DNA of 64,000 nt from Octopus vulgaris (taxonomy: Eukaryota), in the NCBI GenBank assembly GCA_951406725.2, contig OX597828.1, forward strand, positions 20,894,001 through 20,958,000. The letters run 5' to 3'. Positions 56,092 to 64,000 of the stretch are shown here, piece by piece. Positions within the stretch are counted from its first letter, which is position 1. Each line of letters opens with the position of its first letter. Position numbers and translations under genes: made by a program. The notes beneath the pieces were generated by a model. That model was not told where the DNA came from, ran no database searches, and was given only the letters and a program-made list of their open reading frames with translations.

Positions 56092-56468
56092 AGGCATAGG
56101 AGTGGCTGTGTGGTAAGTAGCTTGCTTACAAACCACATGGTTCCAGGTTCAGACCCACTGTGTGGTACCCTGGGCAAGTGTCTTCTACTATAGCCTCGGA
56201 TTTGGTAGACAGAAACTGAAAGAAGCCTGTCATATATATGTATATGTATGTGTGTGTGTTTGTGTGTCTGTGTTTGTCCCCCAACATCGCTTGACAACCG
56301 ATGCTGGTGTGTTTACATCCCTGTGACTTAGCAGTTCAGTATAAGAGACTGATAGAATAAGTACTAGGCTTACAAAGAATAAGTCCTGGGGCCGATTTGC
56401 TCGACTAAAGGTGGTGCTCCAGCATGGCCACAGTCACATGACTGATACAAGTAAAAGAGTAAAAGAGT
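56092..56468 (+). mobile_element. SINE family A
   Basis: Matches the other family A copies. Confidence 0.9.
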
Positions 56469-57076
56469 ATAAAACTCTTATTTGAACTGTGGAGAGAAAG
56501 AACAGCCAAATATCACTCAAATAACAAACTAGAAGCCAAGGAAGAAGGAAGGTCGAATTGCAATATGAGGTTCTAGATGCTTAATGGTTAGAAACAAAGA
56601 CCAGACGGTCACAGAGAGAGAGAGACAGAGAGAGATAGACAGACAGAGACTAGTCATAACCCCAACTAATTGCTAACCAGTTGTAGAGCACTCTCTCTCA
56701 GCAGATAAATGCCCTTCATTAAAAGAATTTACATATTCCTTGTGAAATCTGTATGTCTTGTTACCGACGTGTGTATGTGGAGAGAGAGAGAGAGAGGGAG
56801 GGAGATGTATAAAGATAAAACTACATATGTTAAACATGCCCACACACACAAACAAATACACATACATAAATATTTTTATACACACATACATACAAACACA
56901 TCATATATCATCATCATCATCATCGTTTAGCGTCCGTTTTCCATGCTAGCATATCTATACACACACATCATATATATATATATATATATAAACACACACA
57001 CACACACACACACACCATATATGTGTATATATACATGTATGTATATATATATATACACACACACACATCATATATA

Positions 57077-57138
<62 letters not shown>

Positions 57139-57205
57139 TACATATATATATACACACACACATATATATATATATATACACACTCACACACACATATATA
57201 TACAC

Positions 57206-57304
<99 letters not shown>

Positions 57305-57602
57305 AACACACACACGCACACCCCCACAATGTCTATACATTGTGCAATAGTGTGCACAGGAATGTTGAACTGGTAAAAGAAAACACTGGAGATAAATTAA
57401 CATACACCCACATACACATATACTTACACACACACACACACACACACACAGATTTTAAGGAGCTGGCAGGATGAGTAGGGGGTATGGTAGGGGTGTATGG
57501 TTAATGGTGTGAGGAGGACGGTTAAAATAAACAAGGATGGGCTGTGTACAATGTAGTTCCAATTTTTTTGTCTTTTGGGGGTTTACATTTTGGTGGGGGG
57601 GG

Positions 57603-57664
<62 letters not shown>

Positions 57665-58689
57665 GTGTTGATCAAATTGCCAAATGATGATTATAACGGC
57701 AAGCAATTACAACAAAGATAATGATGAATACTTTGGTGGTTGTTATGATGACGGAAACGGTGGTGGTAATGATGATGATGAAGATGATGATGATGATGAC
57801 AAGGAGGAAGATGTCTGTCAATGGCAAGCAGGATGGTGATTATGATGACAAATATAACAATGACAATGATGATGATGATGAGTAAGAGGATTCAAAGATG
57901 AATATGATTGTGATAATCATGATAAGGAGATGTTGAAGAAGGCAGCGAGGATGACAAAGAAGAGGACAAGGAGGAGGAAGAAGAGGACAAGGTGGCAGGC
58001 AGAGGAGAGGAATGAAGGGGAGGGAAGGAGGAGGAAGGTGATTAAAGAATATAATACGTTGACAATGATGCTTGTAATAATGATGATGATGATGATGATG
58101 GTGATCTAAACACTGACTTGCTTAGGTTTAACACTTCTAATTCCAATAAATTAACCCCACCCCTGAGACCACCACTGGCTCTATGAAACAAGATCGTGTT
58201 TCTGAAGTGTTCCCATTGAAACAGAACTTAACAAAAGATTCTTGTAATATAAGAATCTCAAAGGAAGGGTTCAAATTTCAAAAAAAAAAAAAAAAAAAAA
58301 ATTTTTATAAAAAATGAAAAAAAGAAAGAAACCTTTGTTATTTTAACTATTTCCTTCCAAATCCTTAATTAGTTTTGAAAACTAATTAGTTTTGAAACAC
58401 ATGTAAAGTATATTTCTTGAAAAATCTAATCATGGAATGATTCTAAGATACCAGACATACAAGGGCAACATGATCCTTCTTGAAACATTAAGAAATAAAT
58501 TCTTCCCTTCTCATGACATACTGATTCATATTAAGCTGTTGACAGAGCTCCAGCATGGCCTCAGCCCATTGTTGAATTGTTGCTAGGAGCAAGTTAGAAT
58601 TATTATTATTTGGTAATTTGCTGTTTTGAAAAGATACATCAAGCCCAGTGAAATCGTAGTCGTAGTCAGTGTTGGGGGTCATATAAAAA

Positions 58690-59290
58690 GCAACCATGCC
58701 AGTGACATGTGAAGGGCATCTGTGCCAGTGACACGTAAAGGGCACCCGTGCCAGTGACACGTAAAGGGCACCCGTGCCAGTGACACGTAAAGGGCACCCA
58801 TGCCAGTGACACATAAAGGGCACCCATGCCAGTGACACGTAAAGGGCACCTATGCTGATGACATGTAAAGGGCACCCATGCCAGTGACATGTAAAGGGTA
58901 CCCGTGCCAGTGACACATAAAAGGTACCTGTGCCGGTGACACATAAAGGGTACCTGTGCCGGTGACATGTAAAGGGTACCCGTACCAGTGACACGTAAAG
59001 TACACCCATGCCAGTGATACGTAAAAGGCATCCATGCCAGTGACACATAAAGGGCACCCATGCTAGTGACACGTAAAGGGTACCCATGCTGGTGGCACAT
59101 AAAGGGTACCCGTACCAGTGATACGTAAAGGGCATCCATGCTAGTGACACGTAAAGGACACCCATGCAAGTGACACGTAAGGGGCACCCATGCCGGTGAC
59201 ATGTAAAGGGTACTCGTGCCGGTAACATGTAAAGGGCACCCATGCCGATGACACATAAGAGATACCTTTGACAGTGATACATAAAAGGCT
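58690..59290. repeat. 26-bp minisatellite (~23 copies) expanded inside a family D SINE (~58600-59445)
   Basis: Unit ccagtgacacgtaaagggcacccgtg, head-to-tail without spacers; continues into aggaagggcatctagctgtagaaac and a (GAT)n tail. Confidence 0.95.
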
Positions 59291-59519
59291 TCCACCACAT
59301 TCTTGGCTGGCATTAGGAAGGGCATCTAGCTGTAGAAACCAAGCCAAATCTGACCAGAGCCTGGTACAGCTCTCCAGCTTACTGGTCCCAGTCAAACTGT
59401 CTAAATCCATGCCAGCATGGACAACGGATGTTAAATGATGATGAAGATGATCTGCAATTATTGTCATCCATCCATCATTGTCGATGATGACCCAAAGACA
59501 TCACATGGGAAAAGAAGAC

Positions 59520-59700
59520 GGACTGCAGTGTGTCTGGTTGTAGCCAATCAGTTCAATGTGTGCTTCAAAGACACTGCTTCAGGTCAGGTACCAGTGGTCT
59601 GTTGGGACTGAAGGCAAGGAAAGGGATCAAGATTTGCATAGCTCACGCTTCCTTTGTGCCTCTGTAATCCTGTTCTTTTCATAGAACAAAGCAATGCAAA
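59520..59700 (-). pseudogene. Decayed RTE LINE C-terminus with zinc-finger remnant
   Basis: FYEKNRITEAQRKRELCKS...FEAHIELIGYNQTH resembles ExNRxxxAxxKRxxRK...CxxFRARIGLISHxRTH. Confidence 0.55.
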
Positions 59701-60081
59701 TGATCATTAATCTCCTCAAACACTTTGCCTCTTTCTTTTTTTTCTTTTTTGAAATATCTCAATTGTATTTTCAAACCACAAGGTTATGTGTTCAATCCTC
59801 TGCACTGACCATGAAATACTTATCCAGTTATCTGAAGGGTTGATGATCTGAATATCCAAATTCATACGATTAGCCTCATTTCAGCCATGACAAATTAGAA
59901 ATCATATGCTTGCACCTATACAACCACCTGCACCTATACAACACAGCAATGCCTTCCCCATACACACACACACGCACACGAGTGTATGTGTATATGCATG
60001 TGCATATACATATATATATATACACATACACACACACACACATATATATATATACATACATACACACATATATAAATATAT

Positions 60082-60337
60082 ATAATGGTCATTATTTACA
60101 TTCAACGGATATTTGTCCTCATCTTGTCTGTTGTTAACACAACATTTCAGCTGATATACCCTCCAGCTTTCATCAGGTGTCTTGGGGAAATTTCGAACCT
60201 GGGTTCCCATTCCTAAGGTATTTTTCTATATTATTATTATTATTATTGTTAATGTTCAGGTCACTGCTTGGAATCCAACTCGAAATCTTGGGGTTAGTAG
60301 CCTGCGCTCTTAACCACTATGCCATATACCCGTGGGC
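60082..60337 (-). mobile_element. tRNA-headed SINE-like element carrying a hammerhead ribozyme
   Basis: Minus strand: A-box TGGCATAGTGG (60314-60324), B-box-like GAGTTGGATTCC (60270-60281), (AAT)n linker, HHR at 60136-60182, ending in (TA)n. Confidence 0.65.
60136..60182 (-). ncRNA. Minimal type I hammerhead motif
   Basis: GACAC CUGAUGA A AGCUG-gaggguauau-CAGCU GAAA UG UU GUGUU; stem II 5 bp perfect, stem I GACAC/GUGUU. Confidence 0.7.
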
Positions 60338-60479
60338 TTTTCTTTTCTATATCTAATGACCTATATAATGGGCTCTCTATAGACGAGAGACCTATATGAT
60401 GGTCTCTCTCTTCCTGCTTTGCAATTAATTAGCACACAAAAGATACAACAAGTTAATAAACAGAAAAGATATCTATATA

Positions 60480-60860
60480 TTCATTTACTTGTTTCAGTCA
60501 TTTGACTGCAGCCATGCTGGAGCACTGCCTTTAGTTAAGCCAATAAACCCAGGACTTATTCTTTGTAAGCCTAGTACTTATTCTATCGGTCTTTTTTGCT
60601 GAACCACTAGGTTATGGGGTCGTAAACACACCAACATCAGTTGTCAAGCAATTGGGGGGGGGGACAAGCAGACACACATACACACACAAATATATACATA
60701 TATATATATGTACAACGGGCTTTTTCTGTCTACTAAATCCACTCACAAGGCTTTGGTCGGCCCGAGGCTATAGCAGAAGTCACTTGCCCAAGGTACCGCA
60801 CAGTGGGACTGAACTTGGAACCATATGGTTGGGAAGCAAGCTTCTTACCACACAGCCACA
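60480..60860 (-). mobile_element. SINE family A
   Basis: Matches the other family A copies. Confidence 0.88.
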
Positions 60861-62079
60861 CTGCCCCTAGCAACAACTGAATGAATCATCATCATCATCA
60901 TCATCATCATTATAAATAAGATAAATTGCTCCAGCTGTATTTGCAAATGTTCAAATTTGTATAAACTAAAGAAAAATATTGATCGTCTTCAATGGTGAAA
61001 CAGCAAAAAAAAAAAAACTCCACAAAAAAATATAAGGAAAACGACAGAAAAAAAATTTAATAAGAGGTTTTTCGCTATTTTCGCTTAAGGAAAAATTTCT
61101 TTTGTTTTTGATACAAAAAAAAAACAATAAAATAAAGAAGCCAAAATAGAAATTAAATGAAAAAGATTCAAGTTGCTTTTGGTTTGTTTTTATTTTTATT
61201 ATTTTTGTTATCTTAAAATGAAATTTATATAAAAAAAAATTTGAAAGAATTAATGTAAGAAAAAAAAGCAAAGAAAATAAGAAATATGTAATAAGTGTCT
61301 ATTAGTTTAACGAATGTATTTTAGACAATTAAATGATTTTGTCAAAATGAAATTTTCAAGAATTTCTGCGCAGTTTGATAAGAGACAGAAACTAATCTGA
61401 TGCTAACACACACAAGAACTCTCAGCATGGAATTAGCAAGAAATTGCAATGTAATACACACACACACACACACACACTTGTAATTAAGAGGTTGTTGTTT
61501 CTTAGAAATTACATTTCACCTGATGGAAATTAAGATGCAATTCATTATTGCCACATTTAACAGGTGAATTTTAGAAGACAGGGAAAAAGACTAAAAAAAA
61601 CAAAAAATCTAATAAAGAAGTGTTTTGTCTTTTTTCTGGTTATTGTTTTTTGTTTTTATTTTCTTTCCTTTTTTTCGCTTATTTTTCTTCTTTTCTTCAA
61701 CAGGTGTTTTATTCGAATTTACAAGAAAGAATATACCTGGATTTTGAAAAGAAAAGAAAAAAATCAGATAATCCCACAGGGAAAAAAAATCTGACTTTAA
61801 GCAAAACCTTGTCAAGTCAACAAGAGAGTCTCTACATGGTCTCTCGATCAGCTAGAAATAGCAGACAAATCTTTCTCAAATCAATGATGATCAGGCAATT
61901 AGCTCTGACCATAAGCGCTTAGGCAGAGTTTGAACTCAGAAACCAAAGAGCCTGACTAGATCTTCAAGGCATTTCATCCAATTCTTCAATAGTTCCTTCC
62001 CAGCATCTTTTTTTTTTTTTTTTTGGTTATTTTTAAAACAGGTGTTTTATTCATATGCAATAAAGAATACCTGGATTTC

Positions 62080-62670
62080 ACATCATCATCATCATCGTTT
62101 AACGTCTGTTTTCCATGCTAGCATGGGTTGGACAGTTCGACCAGGATCTGGAAAGCCAGGAGGCTACACCAGGCTCCAGTCTGATCTAGTAGTGTTTCTA
62201 CAGCTCGATGTCCTTCATAATGCCAACCACTCCGTGAGTGTAGTGGGTGTTTTTTACGTGCCACCGGCATAGGGGCCATAGGAGGCTGGCAACGGCCATG
62301 ATCGGTTGGTGCTTTTTAAGCGCCACCGGCACGGAAGCCAGCCAAGGCGGCGCTGGCATCAGCCACGTTCGGATGGTGCTTTTTACATGCCACCAGCACG
62401 GGTATCACAACTACAATTTCCATTTGATTTTTATTTTGATGTTGATGTACTTGACTCAATAGGTCTCCTCAAGCACAGCAGGTCACCCTACGATCCAAGG
62501 TAAGCACAGCAGGCCGTCCTGCCATCCAAGGTACTTTGAATGGGCTGGGGCTGGTTGTGTGAAGCTGGTGTAGGATACAGCCATGAACTCACTTTATTTG
62601 TCGGGTCCTCGCAGTCACAGCATATTTCCAGAGGTCTCGGTCTTTCGTCATTGCCTCTGTGAGGCTCGAC
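62080..62670 (-). mobile_element. SINE-like family D, longest copy in the window
   Basis: Shares its body with 16973-17330 and extends further. Confidence 0.85.
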
Positions 62671-62683
62671 ATTCGATACATTT

Positions 62684-62715
<32 letters not shown>

Positions 62716-63049
62716 ATATATTATATATATTATATATATACATATATAAAATTTGATTTTAATCAAAACCTTCACAAGTCAGTATGAGTCATGGTGGCTC
62801 AATCTGCTAGAAATAGCAATCAAACCCATCCCCACCCCATCCCCACCTCTTGCAAATCATCTGTGGTCAGGTGATTAGCTCTGACCCTTGGCAGCTAGGC
62901 AGAGTTTGAACTCAGAAAGCAGAGAGCCTGGACAGATGTTGTGAGATGCTTTGCCTAACATTCCAATAATTCTGCTAATCCACCCAGGATTAGTACTTAG
63001 GGTTGACCCATGAAAGAATAAAAGACACAGCTGACTTCAGTACAATTTG

Positions 63050-63440
63050 AACTGGCAGAAATGTTAGCATGCAGGGCAAAATGCTTAGCGATATTTCATC
63101 TGTCTTTATGTTCTGAGTTCATATTCCGCCGAGGTCGACTTTGCCTTTCATCCTTTCGGGGTCGATAAATTAAGTACCAGTTACGCATTGGGGTCGATGT
63201 AATCGACTTAATACCTATGTCTGTCCTTGTTTGTCCCCTCTGTGTTTAGCCCCTTGTGGGTAAAAAAGAAATAGGTATTTCATCTGTCTTTATGTTCTGA
63301 GTTCATATTCCACTGACGTCAGCTTTGCCTTTCATCCTTTCAGGGTCGATAAATTAAGTACCAGTTGTGTACTGGGGGTCAATCTAAAGTACTGCCCCAC
63401 CTCCCCCAAAATTTCAGGCCTTGTGCCTAGAATAGAAAAG
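63050..63440 (+). mobile_element. Two tandem family E SINE copies
   Basis: tatttcatctgtctttatgttctgagttcatattcc occurs twice. Confidence 0.88.
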
Positions 63441-63754
63441 AATATAACTTTTGTCAATTTGCTACCTACAAATTTTAATAATGGTTACTAATTTAGGCAC
63501 AAGACCAGAAATTTTGAAGGGAGGGGTAGTCAGTCAATAACATCAACCCCAGGACTTTGTTTTATCAACCCTGAAGGGATAAAGACAAAAGTTGATGTAG
63601 GATTTGAACTCAGAACGCTAAAGCTAGAACAACTACCACAATGTATTTAAGCACCAGTAATACACTTTGGTTACTTCAACAGATGCTACACTTATCTTTA
63701 AACAAATTCGCCTAAAGAATCCATCAAGGGAGCATTTAAAAAAATTTTTTTATT

Positions 63755-63975
63755 GCCTACAGGGGGCTATGCATAGAGGGGACAAACAAGGACAGACAAA
63801 GGGATTAAATCGATTACATCGACCCCAGTGCATAACTTGTATTTATTTAATCAACCCCGATACAATGAAAGGCAAAGTCGACCTCTGTGGAATTTGAACT
63901 CAGAATGTAACACCAGAAGAAATACCACTAAGCATTTCACCCAGCATTCTAACGATTCTGACAGCTCACCGCCCT
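63755..63975 (-). mobile_element. SINE family E
   Basis: Reverse complement of 63050-63270. Confidence 0.88.
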
Positions 63976-64000
63976 TGGTGGCCCTTTATCCCAGGGGTTC

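Noticed and set aside
58488-59325. 270-aa and 219-aa repetitive ORFs, or a CRISPR-like array
   Set aside because: Head-to-tail 26-bp units without unique spacers inside a SINE; the ORFs are by-products.
61952-61972. tgactagatc resembling the miR-279 5' end
   Set aside because: Lies in an interspersed repeat (homolog near 62925 differs) with no precursor hairpin.

Overview
This is eukaryotic, AT-rich, repeat-saturated non-coding DNA, either intergenic or a large intron. The SINE families and microsatellite load look like an Octopus (coleoid cephalopod) genome; that is pattern recognition, not a search result. No host protein-coding exon could be supported, and nearly all listed ORFs are microsatellite or SINE read-throughs. 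Supported content: several SINE families in dozens of copies; decayed LINE fragments (RTE, Rex3/Expander-like, CR1); an internally deleted piggyBac with TIRs and TTAA; a Tc1 3' end; hAT, pogo-like and piggyBac-like MITEs; Helitron/Helentron-type elements; minisatellites and long fold-back hairpins. The most notable hidden signal is a set of about 8 minimal type I hammerhead-ribozyme (HHR) motifs (CUGANGA-stem II-GAAA-short, mostly palindromic stem III-UH). They sit in short elements embedded in (TA)n tracts, and some show Penelope-like inverted termini. One is fused to a tRNA-derived Pol III head, making a candidate ribozyme-bearing SINE at 60082-60337. Coordinates of decayed repeats are approximate (read by eye).
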